DNA of 23,613 nucleotides from Thermoproteus sp. (GTDB lineage: Archaea > Thermoproteota > Thermoprotei > Thermoproteales > Thermoproteaceae): positions 1-23,613 of the forward strand of contig JBMFIG010000021.1 in the NCBI GenBank assembly GCA_049976425.1, read 5' to 3'. Under the pieces are notes generated by a model. It ran no database searches. It saw only the letters and a list, made by a program, of their open reading frames with translations, and had not been told where the DNA came from. This document shows positions 1 through 7,981 of the stretch, one piece after another. Made by a program: the position numbers and the translations under genes. Each line of letters begins with the position of its first letter. Positions within the stretch are counted from its first letter, which is position 1.

Positions 1-206
1 TAAAACGGCGGATTAGAAGCGTCAAGAACCTTCTCCCAAGGCCTAAACCACTCAAGCTCCCTAGCGACGGAAGCCCAAAACTCCTCGAAGTTCTCAATCG
101 ACTTCTTGTGGTATTCCCAGTAGGTCTTGATATCTATAGTTCGCGACCGCCACCTATCGTTGTATATATACTCGTCGAACGGTAGGTTCTTCTCTTCGAG
201 AGACAT
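1..206 (-). CDS. acs: Acetyl-CoA synthetase (AMP-forming), 5' part; runs off the window edge
   Basis: Not in the ORF track. Manual translation from ATG at 206 gives MSLEEKNLPFDEYIYNDRWRSRTIDIKTYWEYHKKSIENFEEFWASVARELEWFRPWEKVLDASNPPF, the typical Acs N-terminal S...E.FW...A.EL.W..PW.KVLD...PP motif. Confidence 0.85.
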   Translation of the reverse strand, partial: MSLEEKNLPFDEYIYNDRWRSRTIDIKTYWEYHKKSIENFEEFWASVARELEWFRPWEKVLDASNPPF

Positions 207-228
207 AAAGATTCTATATTGATGAACC

Positions 229-235
229 TTATAAA
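229..235 (-). promoter_or_regulatory. TATA box of acs
   Basis: TTTATAA on the minus strand, 23-29 nt upstream of the ATG at 206, consistent with a leaderless transcript. Confidence 0.55.
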
Positions 236-491
236 CATTCCTTCAAAAATATGTCAATTCATTTATTTTGAAAATTAAGCAAAGTTTATACTAACTATCA
301 GGTTGTTCTCTATATAATAAAAATTTTTATATTTGTAGTTACCAATTATTGTATAGAAAGTTTACTATAGATTCTTAGTGATCTATAATTATGGTTATTC
401 AGATATAAATAATAGTGGGACGTTCGTGCACGGCTCTCGCTGGCCGCTCGACATCGCACGCACGTCCATCCCAGCACCTCGATAGGGCCGC

Positions 492-1688
492 TTAGTCGTG
501 CGAGGCCGCCACCTCGGCCGCGGCGATGGCCTCCTTGATGTACCTCTCCCTGTTCTTCTCGTAATCGTCCGCGCCGTATGCCTTGATCTTGGCCAGTATC
601 TTGGGCAGAGTCGTATATTCCATCTCCTCCGGCGGAAGGCGGTGGGGCTGGAATGGCCCCATGCGGCGTATGTACTCGGTTATCTGGGCGGCGAGCTGGC
701 GCGTGTAGTCGAAGGCGGGATCGTCGAAGAGGTCGACCGGCCCCTCGAGATATCCGTCGTGCAGTTGCCAGCCGAGGGCCCCGACCTTCGGCGGCCCGTC
801 GAACCTGGTCATCTTGGCCCCAACCGCTATCCTCCTCTCGGCGTCTATCTGGTAGAAGCGCATGGGCATTAGAGGGCCGGCGTGGCTCCCGCGCATCCAG
901 CCGTGGACCATGTGGGGATACGCGAAGGCCTCCAGGACCTCGCCCACTGCAGGCATGCCGTGTTGCGCGCGGACTATGGCGACCGGGTCGTCCTTGCCCA
1001 CATACCGGCCTGCTATCAGGTTAAGCCTCTCCACGCTCACCGCGGCTGCCGGCGCTCCGTCCGCCCTCCTGTAGACCCGTCTGACGATGTAGCGCCCCGT
1101 GGTTCCTATGAGCCCCAACAGCGAGTAGGAGTCCTCGGGCGCCTTGAGGAGGTACACCTTGTGCTCGTATACGTCCAGTACCTCGAAGAGGAAGCCCTCG
1201 TGCATCGCTGGGTCTATGACCAAGCCGGCCGTGTTGAAGGGGTCGGCGAATATCTTGTACATCGGCAGGTTGAAGGCTCCCGGCTCCGTCTTGTCTGCGG
1301 CGAAGGTTATGACGGGCTCGGAGGGCCTCTCCTCTATCTCGAGCTCTGCCACCTGCGGCCCCATGCCCCTCACGTTGCCCGAGAAGGCCTCCTTGAGGAG
1401 GTCTTGCCCGGCTCCGTAGAGCTTGTACTTCCTCGCCACCTTCTCGGTCACCTCCTTGAATATGTCCCAAGCTAGTCCGTGTATATCGCTGTGGTCGGGC
1501 CCCTTGGTGTGCGTCATCAGGAGAGATATGTCGTCGCCGACGTTGTAAACGAAGTAGTCTATGAGGAGGCCGCGTTTCTGGGCCTCCTTCAGCCTCTCGG
1601 CGGCCAGCTCGAGCATCTTGGGGTGGACCCAGGCGTGGCCGGGCCAGCCGCCTACGTCGGCCTTGATTATCGATATGGTGACCTTCAT
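492..1688 (-). CDS. fbp: Fructose-1,6-bisphosphate aldolase/phosphatase (class V FBPase)
   Basis: Motifs ISIIKADVGG.PGH, VGDDI.LLMTH, LYGAGQDLL, DKTEPGAFN, YVGKDDP, GWMRGSH.GP, FDGPP and EMEYT. Start moved from 1709 to ATG 1688 because a TTTTTATA box sits at about 1710-1717. Confidence 0.95.
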   Translation of the reverse strand: MKVTISIIKADVGGWPGHAWVHPKMLELAAERLKEAQKRGLLIDYFVYNVGDDISLLMTHTKGPDHSDIHGLAWDIFKEVTEKVARKYKLYGAGQDLLKEAFSGNVRGMGPQVAELEIEERPSEPVITFAADKTEPGAFNLPMYKIFADPFNTAGLVIDPAMHEGFLFEVLDVYEHKVYLLKAPEDSYSLLGLIGTTGRYIVRRVYRRADGAPAAAVSVERLNLIAGRYVGKDDPVAIVRAQHGMPAVGEVLEAFAYPHMVHGWMRGSHAGPLMPMRFYQIDAERRIAVGAKMTRFDGPPKVGALGWQLHDGYLEGPVDLFDDPAFDYTRQLAAQITEYIRRMGPFQPHRLPPEEMEYTTLPKILAKIKAYGADDYEKNRERYIKEAIAAAEVAASHD

Positions 1689-2027
1689 GGTACCCCCGGC
1701 TTCTACCATTATAAAAATTTTGGTGGTATAGTTATAGTCGACTCATAATATTATAACAATTACAAGACAATACGGAGAGGTGTGTGAAAGAACTCAAACT
1801 ATAGCGGTCGTAAGAACAAACCGTCATGTCTAGGTAGCAGACCGCGGCGGTATCCGACGCGGCCTCGGCCTGCGTCTGAGCGCAACAACCCACAACACGC
1901 GGACTTCGGCTTTCTGCTACCGCGACGACCAGGCCAGTGGGTCCACATCTGCCGTAGCTGCCGCGTCCCTATCTTTATTCATAGAGCTACAGTATATTTT
2001 ATCTGTCTATATAATTTACTTTCTATT

Positions 2028-2079
2028 TATCTAAATATATATAAATAAAAATACCAAAGTATCTTTATATATTTAGATA
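2028..2079. repeat. 14-bp perfect inverted repeat with 24-bp spacer (candidate operator)
   Basis: TATCTAAATATATA (2028-2041) and TATATATTTAGATA (2066-2079), just upstream of the TTTTTAA box at about 2100-2106. Confidence 0.5.
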
Positions 2080-2127
2080 CACTTCTGTGTGGAATAAAAT
2101 TTTTAAGTTAAAAACGTAAAGATAGTC

Positions 2128-2613
2128 GTGGAGCTGGATTTCTACGAAGTCACGGGCAGATACGACGAGGTGGCCAAGTTCTACTCCTCGGTCGGCGAGG
2201 AGAGCAGATATCTCCGCTTTCTCGCCGCCGTGAAGGATCCGGCGAGCATATACAGCCATATGTGGTCCTGCGGGGGTAGGAGCTTTCTAGTCGTCGAGGG
2301 CAGGAGGCCCGTCGCGCTGGTCGACGTGACCCCTTGCGGCGGCGAGGCCGAGGCCGGCATAGTCGTCGTCGACTCGCTCCAGGGGAGGGGGTACGGGACT
2401 AGGATAGCCGAGGTATTCGCCGAGCTCCTGCCCCGGCTGGGGTTCGACGTGGTTAGGGCCGAGATCTATAGGGAGAATCTCAAGGCTCTGTCCATAGCGA
2501 GGAGGCTGGGCGCCTCGGTCGCCTGCAGAGGCATTATATGTACTGTGAGGCTCGACTTGAGGCGGAGGGCTCTCAGAGGCGTGGCGGCCCTCAAGCTGGC
2601 CGCTACGCCTTGA
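2128..2613 (+). CDS. GNAT protein lysine acetyltransferase, Pat-like
   Basis: ESRYLRF motif typical of Pat GNAT domains, acetyl-CoA binding motif QGRGYGT, and EN...I.R.LG. GTG start with an upstream TATA box. Confidence 0.75.
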   Translation: MELDFYEVTGRYDEVAKFYSSVGEESRYLRFLAAVKDPASIYSHMWSCGGRSFLVVEGRRPVALVDVTPCGGEAEAGIVVVDSLQGRGYGTRIAEVFAELLPRLGFDVVRAEIYRENLKALSIARRLGASVACRGIICTVRLDLRRRALRGVAALKLAATP

Positions 2614-3214
2614 ACACCTCCCCGAGCTCCTTGACCAGCTCGGGCACCTTCGCCCTCATCTTTTCCCTAGCCTCGTCGTAGAAGTTGTAGCCGGTCGGGT
2701 CTATCATGACTGTCAGAGGGCCGAAGTCCTCGACCTCCAGGACCCACATGGCCTCGGCCATGCCTAGGTCGAGCCAGTGGACGTCTACGACCCTCTTTAT
2801 GGCGCGGGCCGCCAGGACCCCGGCGCCGCCGGTGAATATGGCGTAGGCCGCCTTGTGCCTCCTCATGGCCTCCGCGGTCCTCCTCCCCATGCCGCCCTTG
2901 CCTATTATCAGCTTGACGCCGAGCTTCTCTATCACGTCGGCCTCGAACGCCTCCATCCTCGCCGACGTCGTCGGGCCCATGGCGATTATCCTCCAGCTGT
3001 CGCCCTCCTTCTTGGCTACCGGGCCCGCGTGGTATATCGCACCGCCTCTCAGATCGACGGGGAGTTGCCTCCCCTCCTTCAAGTACTCGAGCATCCTTGC
3101 GTGAGCCGCGTCGCGGGCGCTCACCAAGATGCCGGAGATGTAGAGCGTGTCGCCGACCCGGAGCCTCTCCACGTCCTCGTCCCTCAACGGGGTCCTCAGC
3201 CTGTAGGTCGCCAT
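2603..3214 (-). CDS. Class I (Fe-S) fumarate hydratase/tartrate dehydratase, beta subunit
   Basis: Motifs ARDAAH, IYHAGP, GPTTSARM, IGKGGM and LGMAEAMW.LEV..FGP. Confidence 0.9.
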   Translation of the reverse strand: MATYRLRTPLRDEDVERLRVGDTLYISGILVSARDAAHARMLEYLKEGRQLPVDLRGGAIYHAGPVAKKEGDSWRIIAMGPTTSARMEAFEADVIEKLGVKLIIGKGGMGRRTAEAMRRHKAAYAIFTGGAGVLAARAIKRVVDVHWLDLGMAEAMWVLEVEDFGPLTVMIDPTGYNFYDEAREKMRAKVPELVKELGEVFKA

Positions 3215-3321
3215 ATATGTACGGCGGCGGGATGAATTTACGTTTTTCTGTCGTATCCAGCCTAAAAAGGCCTAGACGGGCTGTCTCAGCAATATTTTTC
3301 TACTCCAACACCGTATAGGCC

Positions 3322-4194
3322 ATGGACCTTGAGGAGGCCGTGCTCAAGGCGGCCAAGGAGGCCATAATAAAGGCCAGCATATCCCCCGCGCTCGACGTAG
3401 TGGGCTCGCTAAGGAGGGCCTACGACGCCGAGTCTTCGGAGGCGGCGAGGATCCAGATAGGGGCCATCCTGAAGAACATAGAGCTCGCGACGTCCGCCAC
3501 GTCGGCCGTCTGCCAGGACACGGGAGTGCCCACCTTCTTCGTGAAGCTGGGGGACGGGTTCCCCATCAGGAGCAGGGTGTTGTCCATACTCACGGACGCC
3601 GTGAGGCAGGTCACCAAGGAGCTCCCGCTTAGGCCCAACACCGCGGATCCCTTCACCGAGAGGAACCCCGGCGACAACACCGGGCTCGGCGTCCCCGTGT
3701 TCGATATAGAGCTGTTCGACGGCGACTACCTCCAGTTCACCTACGTGCCGAAGGGCGGCGGCTCGGAGCTACCGGGCAAGGCCATGGTCCTCCCGCCCGG
3801 CGTAGCCTTCAAGGAGCTGCCCAAGATAGTCCTCGAGTCGGTGATAGACGCGGGGCCCATGCCCTGCCCGCCGGTGATAGTGGGGATAGGCATAGGCCCG
3901 ACGCTGGACGCGGCCGCCAAGCTGGCGAAGAAGGCCGCGACTCTAAGGCCGGTGGGCTCCAGGAACCAGAACCCGGAGGTGGCCAAGATGGAGGAGGCTC
4001 TCTTGAGGGCCATAAACAAGCTGGGCCTCGGGGCGCACGGCGTCGGCGGCGACATAACTGCGCTGGACGTGCATATAGAGTATGCCTATAGGCACCCGGC
4101 CACCTTCGCGCTGGCCATAGTCTTCAGCTGTTGGGCCACCCGCAGGGCTACGGCCACCGTCTGGCCCGACGGCAGGTACGAGGTCAAGACCTAG
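3322..4194 (+). CDS. Class I (Fe-S) fumarate hydratase/tartrate dehydratase, alpha subunit
   Basis: Motifs CQDTG, LRPN, GDNTG, KGGGSE, PCPP..VGIGIG, G..G.GG and HPA...CWA.R. Confidence 0.9.
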   Translation: MDLEEAVLKAAKEAIIKASISPALDVVGSLRRAYDAESSEAARIQIGAILKNIELATSATSAVCQDTGVPTFFVKLGDGFPIRSRVLSILTDAVRQVTKELPLRPNTADPFTERNPGDNTGLGVPVFDIELFDGDYLQFTYVPKGGGSELPGKAMVLPPGVAFKELPKIVLESVIDAGPMPCPPVIVGIGIGPTLDAAAKLAKKAATLRPVGSRNQNPEVAKMEEALLRAINKLGLGAHGVGGDITALDVHIEYAYRHPATFALAIVFSCWATRRATATVWPDGRYEVKT

Positions 4195-4399
4195 CCTTAC
4201 GCTTCCTGTACATCTCGAGCCACCTCTTCGCGGTACCCTCGAAATACATGTCGAGGGCAGCCCTTATGGCCTCGTTCCTCGTCACGAATATGCCCTTGGT
4301 CACCAACATGTCGACGCCTCTCACCACCCTCTCGGATATCGTAAAGGACACCAGCCTCAGGCGCTTTCTCTCCTCCACCGAGCCTCCGGCGTCGGCCAA
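4184..4399 (-). CDS. Ribbon-helix-helix (CopG/MetJ/Arc) DNA-binding protein
   Basis: RLVSFTISE...GVD.LV..G.F.TRNEAIR.AL pattern; TTG start. Confidence 0.75.
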   Translation of the reverse strand: MADAGGSVEERKRLRLVSFTISERVVRGVDMLVTKGIFVTRNEAIRAALDMYFEGTAKRWLEMYRKRKARS

Positions 4400-4424
4400 T
4401 ATAAAGGCTACGTTGGAAATCCCT

Positions 4425-4712
4425 TTAATTAACGCAACCTCCTCCGACCGGCGGCATGAAGACCACCTCGTCGCCGTCCTTCAGCCTCGTGTCGAGGCCT
4501 GCTAGGTAATCGACGGCGCGCCCGTTGACTAAGATGTTGTACTCGTCCTTCAGCCTGTCGCCGTCCAGGATCTCCCTTGACAGCTTCCCCCCATGCCTCT
4601 CGTCGATTATCTTCACCAGATCGCGGACGGTGGCGCCTTGTGGCACCTCCACTGCCTCCTTCATGACGCCCATCAAGTCGTAGAGGGTGGCCAGATACCT
4701 GACCTTGACCAT
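4425..4712 (-). CDS. MoaD/ThiS/SAMP ubiquitin-like protein with C-terminal extension (GGGCVN)
   Basis: Motifs VKVRYLA.L, ILVNGR and LDTRLKDGDEV..MPPVGGG. Confidence 0.88.
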   Translation of the reverse strand: MVKVRYLATLYDLMGVMKEAVEVPQGATVRDLVKIIDERHGGKLSREILDGDRLKDEYNILVNGRAVDYLAGLDTRLKDGDEVVFMPPVGGGCVN

Positions 4713-4745
4713 CACGCCCGAAAAACCGTCCGGGATTTATTACCT

Positions 4746-6589
4746 TTACAGGAGGTACTGGAACTCCTCGAGGCCCAGCCTCTTCAAAGTATCGTATGTG
4801 GGCTTTCCGTCGACCCAGCCCCTGAGCTTGTAGTATATCTTAATCCCCTCGTCGAACATCTTGGCCGAGGAATGGCCCTTGGCGGGGCCCGTGGGTATGG
4901 GGTTCCTGAAGTGCGGGTTCAGCTCGTCCTTGATCCACTTGCCCTCCTTCACGTGGAACAGCCTCTCCACGTTGAAGATCCTCTCGCCTATGGCCAACAT
5001 ATCCTCCGGCGTGACGTCCCAGTCGTAGGCCAGGTTGAAGAGGTGCGCTAGGTCCTTCTCGAATATGCCCTCGTGGTCTAGCGTGGCGAACTTGCAGTAG
5101 GTCACCGAGTCGGTGAGGGCCATCAAGTGCTGGGCGTATATAACGATCCTGGCCTGCTTCTCTATACACTCGGGGGTCTCGCAGAGCGGGTCCACCTTCT
5201 CGGGGACGCCGAGGACCTCCCAGGTCGGGGAGTAGGCCTCCAGGTGGTCGCCTCCTCTATTGGCGGTGAAGTACGAGAGCGAGAAGCCCTTGAGGGATCT
5301 CGGGTCGTAGGCCGGAAGCCCCTGCCCTCTGGAGCCCTTGAAGGCGCTGGGATCGCCGTACTTCAGCGCCAGCCTGTAGTCCCCCTCTGCCAGATCGTCG
5401 CCTATATCGCTCCTGTTGGCCGTCCTTATGACTAGGTCGACCAACGCGCCCGCGTCTCCCCAATCCACGTCGAGCTTCAGCTTCCCCTTCTTGGCCAGCT
5501 CCACGGCGGCGGCCAAGGTGTTGCCCAGCGAGATTGTGTCGAACCCAAGCTCGTTGGCCAGCTTCTGCAGGCGTAGGTCGGCCTCGGGGTCGAACAAGCC
5601 TATGTTGGCGCCGAAGCTCCAGGTGTTCTCGTACTCGTACTTAGCCTTGCCGACGAACTTGTAGGGGCCGGACTTGACCATGACGTGTTGCGTGCAGGCG
5701 ATGGGGCACATCATGCAGGCGTGGGTCTCCACGACGTAGTTCTTCTTTATGTATTCGCCGGTCAGCTTGTCGGCCTCCTCGGCGTAGCCCGTCTCGAAGT
5801 TCCTCACGGGGTAGGCCCCTATCGAGTTTATCACCGCCGTCAGTAGGTTAGTGCCGTATATGTGGAGGGCCTTCGCCGTGGGGCCCGACATGAGGCGCTG
5901 GGCGAGCTTGGTGGACTCCGCTATGAACTTGGCGCGGTCCTTGACGTCCTTAAGCAAGTCGCGCGTGCCCCAGACAAGTATGCCCTTGAGCTTCTTCGAG
6001 CCCATGACGGCGCCGACCCCGCCGCGCCCGGCGAAGCGCTCGTAGTCGGACATCCTGATGCCCGCTATCTTCGACAAGTTCTCCCCGGCGGGGCCCACCA
6101 CGGCGACGCCGGCCGCCTTCTCCTCCTCGGGGAACCCGTTCTCCCTCAACATGGCCTTTATCGCCGCGCCGGTCCATTTGCCCCAGAGGTGCTTCGCCGG
6201 CTTTATGGCCACGTCGCCGTCCTTGACCACCACGTAGACGGGGTCCTCGGCCGCGCCCTCTATGACGAGGCCGTCGTAGCCAGACTTCCTCAGCCAGTAG
6301 GCGAAGTTCCCGCCCGCGTTGGAGTGGGTTATGGAGCCCGTGAGGGGCGACTTGGTGACGACCGTGACGCGGCTGGTGGAGAGGTTCGCCATCGCCGACA
6401 GAGGCCCGGCGAATATGTACAGCCTGTTGCTGGGCGACAGGGGATCTATCCCCTGGGTATTTCCTTGAGGGCCAGGTAGGAGCCCAAGCCTCTGCCGCCC
6501 AGGAACTTCTTCAGGAGATCGTCCTTGAACACCTCCTCGGTCACCTTCTCTGCCTTGAGATCTATTCTAGCTATTCTGAATATCGCCAT
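4746..6589 (-). pseudogene. aor: Tungsten-dependent aldehyde:ferredoxin oxidoreductase (AOR family), interrupted by a 1-nt frameshift near 6450 (possibly a sequencing error)
   Basis: ATG 6589 gives MAIFRIARIDL...KFLGGRGLG..LALKEIPRG followed by TAG (6446-6448). The other frame continues IDPLSPSNRLYIFAGPLS into ORF 4746..6392, which has KSPLTG, GRGG.GAVMGSKKLK, C..CPIAC, EYE, G.DTIS and YDPR motifs. Confidence 0.85.
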
Positions 6590-6639
6590 GAATAGAAAAA
6601 TATATATGTTTAAATGCTTATTTATCTATAGATTGATAT

Positions 6640-6924
6640 TTATCCCCCGAACGGGGACACTATGAGGATCGAGTCGCCGTCCTTGAGGCGTGTCCTCAAG
6701 CCGTCCAGGAAATCTATGGATCTGCCGTTTACTAATATATCATGCATCTCTATTACTTTTCCATTTCTAATAATTTTATTCTTAAAGCCGGGATAAATTC
6801 TATTTAGTATATTCACGACATCCTCTACGACGGAGCCGTCCTCTAGGTTTAGATCAAGCGAGATCTGGTCGACCGAATCTAGGCCGAAGTACAGCGGCGC
6901 CATGATCCTCACCTTGACCCGCAT
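6640..6924 (-). CDS. MoaD/ThiS/SAMP ubiquitin-like protein (free C-terminal GG)
   Basis: ILVNGR.I..LDGL.TRLKDGD.I.IVSPFGG followed by stop. Confidence 0.85.
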   Translation of the reverse strand: MRVKVRIMAPLYFGLDSVDQISLDLNLEDGSVVEDVVNILNRIYPGFKNKIIRNGKVIEMHDILVNGRSIDFLDGLRTRLKDGDSILIVSPFGG

Positions 6925-6991
6925 AGAGGTTGCCGGGCGCCTCCTAAAATACGATAGAGGGCTTCTTAAAAAGGGCCGTCCCTACGGCCCT

Positions 6992-7981
6992 ATGGTGAGG
7001 GTGTTCAAGCAGGGTCGCGCCGAGCTGTTGAGGGGCAAGACGGTGGCCGTGATCGGCTACGGCAACGTGGGGAGGTCCATCGCTCTGAACCTCAGAGACT
7101 CGGGCCTCTCTGTCCTAGTGGGCGATCTGCTCGGCAACGAGTACGCGAGGAGGGCCAAGGCCGACGGGCTGGAGCCGAGGCCTATACCCGAGGCCGCCGA
7201 GCTGGGCGACGTCGTTGTGCTGGCGCTTCCCGACGACGCGGCCCCCGAGATCTACAGGACCGAGGTCCTGCCCGGCCTCCACTCGGGCAAAGCCCTCGTG
7301 TTGACCAGCGGCTTTCCAGCCGCCTACGGCCTGTTGCAACTGCCGGGCGGCGTCGACGTGGCGCTTTTCGTGCCCAAGGCGCCCGGCCCCGCGATTAGGG
7401 ACAGATATCTGCAAGGCAGAGGGTACGCGGCAGTCGTCGGCGTGGTCGAGGACGTCTCGGGGAGCGCGCTCGACGTAGCTCTGGCCGTGGCAGACGGCGC
7501 CGGCGCGTTCAAGCAAGGCGGCTTCGCCGTGGAGGCCTCGGCGAGGGAGGAGGCGTTGGCGGATCTCCTGGGCGAGCAGATACTCAAGGCGTCTCTGCTG
7601 GCCGCTATAGAGGTCGCCTTCGAGCTCATGACGAAGGCCGGCGTGCCGCAGGAGCTGGCCGCGGTCGAGCTCTACGGCTCCGGCGAGCTGGGCGAGCTGG
7701 GGAGGCTCATGTCGCTCGTGGGGCCCTACGGCGCTCTGCGCCTCCAATCGCCCGTGGACGCGTACGGCCAGCTGGCGAGGGCGGGCGCCTACAGGAAAGC
7801 CATAGCGCGGGTGGCCGCCAGAGTCCTCGAGGAGATCCTCGGCGGCGACTTCCCGAGGGAGATCTACCTGGAGAGGGCCGCCGGCTACGTGAAGTTCAAC
7901 GCCTTGTGGAGGTCCGCAACCGCCAGCGAACTGGCCCAGGCGGACGCGCGGCTGAGGGCCGCCTTGCGTCAAGGGCCGTAG
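6992..7981 (+). CDS. ilvC: Ketol-acid reductoisomerase family protein (divergent)
   Basis: Motifs L.GKTVAVIGYG..G...ALNLRDSG, PD, PK.PG and DL.GEQ. Start placed at ATG 6992, after the TTAAAA box at about 6966, which removes the overlap with the MoaD gene. Confidence 0.75.
   Translation: MVRVFKQGRAELLRGKTVAVIGYGNVGRSIALNLRDSGLSVLVGDLLGNEYARRAKADGLEPRPIPEAAELGDVVVLALPDDAAPEIYRTEVLPGLHSGKALVLTSGFPAAYGLLQLPGGVDVALFVPKAPGPAIRDRYLQGRGYAAVVGVVEDVSGSALDVALAVADGAGAFKQGGFAVEASAREEALADLLGEQILKASLLAAIEVAFELMTKAGVPQELAAVELYGSGELGELGRLMSLVGPYGALRLQSPVDAYGQLARAGAYRKAIARVAARVLEEILGGDFPREIYLERAAGYVKFNALWRSATASELAQADARLRAALRQGP

Noticed and set aside
317-330. Palindrome ATAAAAATTTTTAT upstream of acs
   Set aside because: It is pure A/T in a very AT-rich gap and resembles the generic AAAATTTTTA promoter-like string also seen at about 1712, 2096 and 15922.
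1788-2048. Stop-free plus-strand frame containing ICRSCR (CxxC)
   Set aside because: No ATG/GTG/TTG start was found in frame and the composition is not gene-like.
2065-2259. 64-aa minus-strand ORF
   Set aside because: It is antisense to the pat gene and its promoter, with no motifs.
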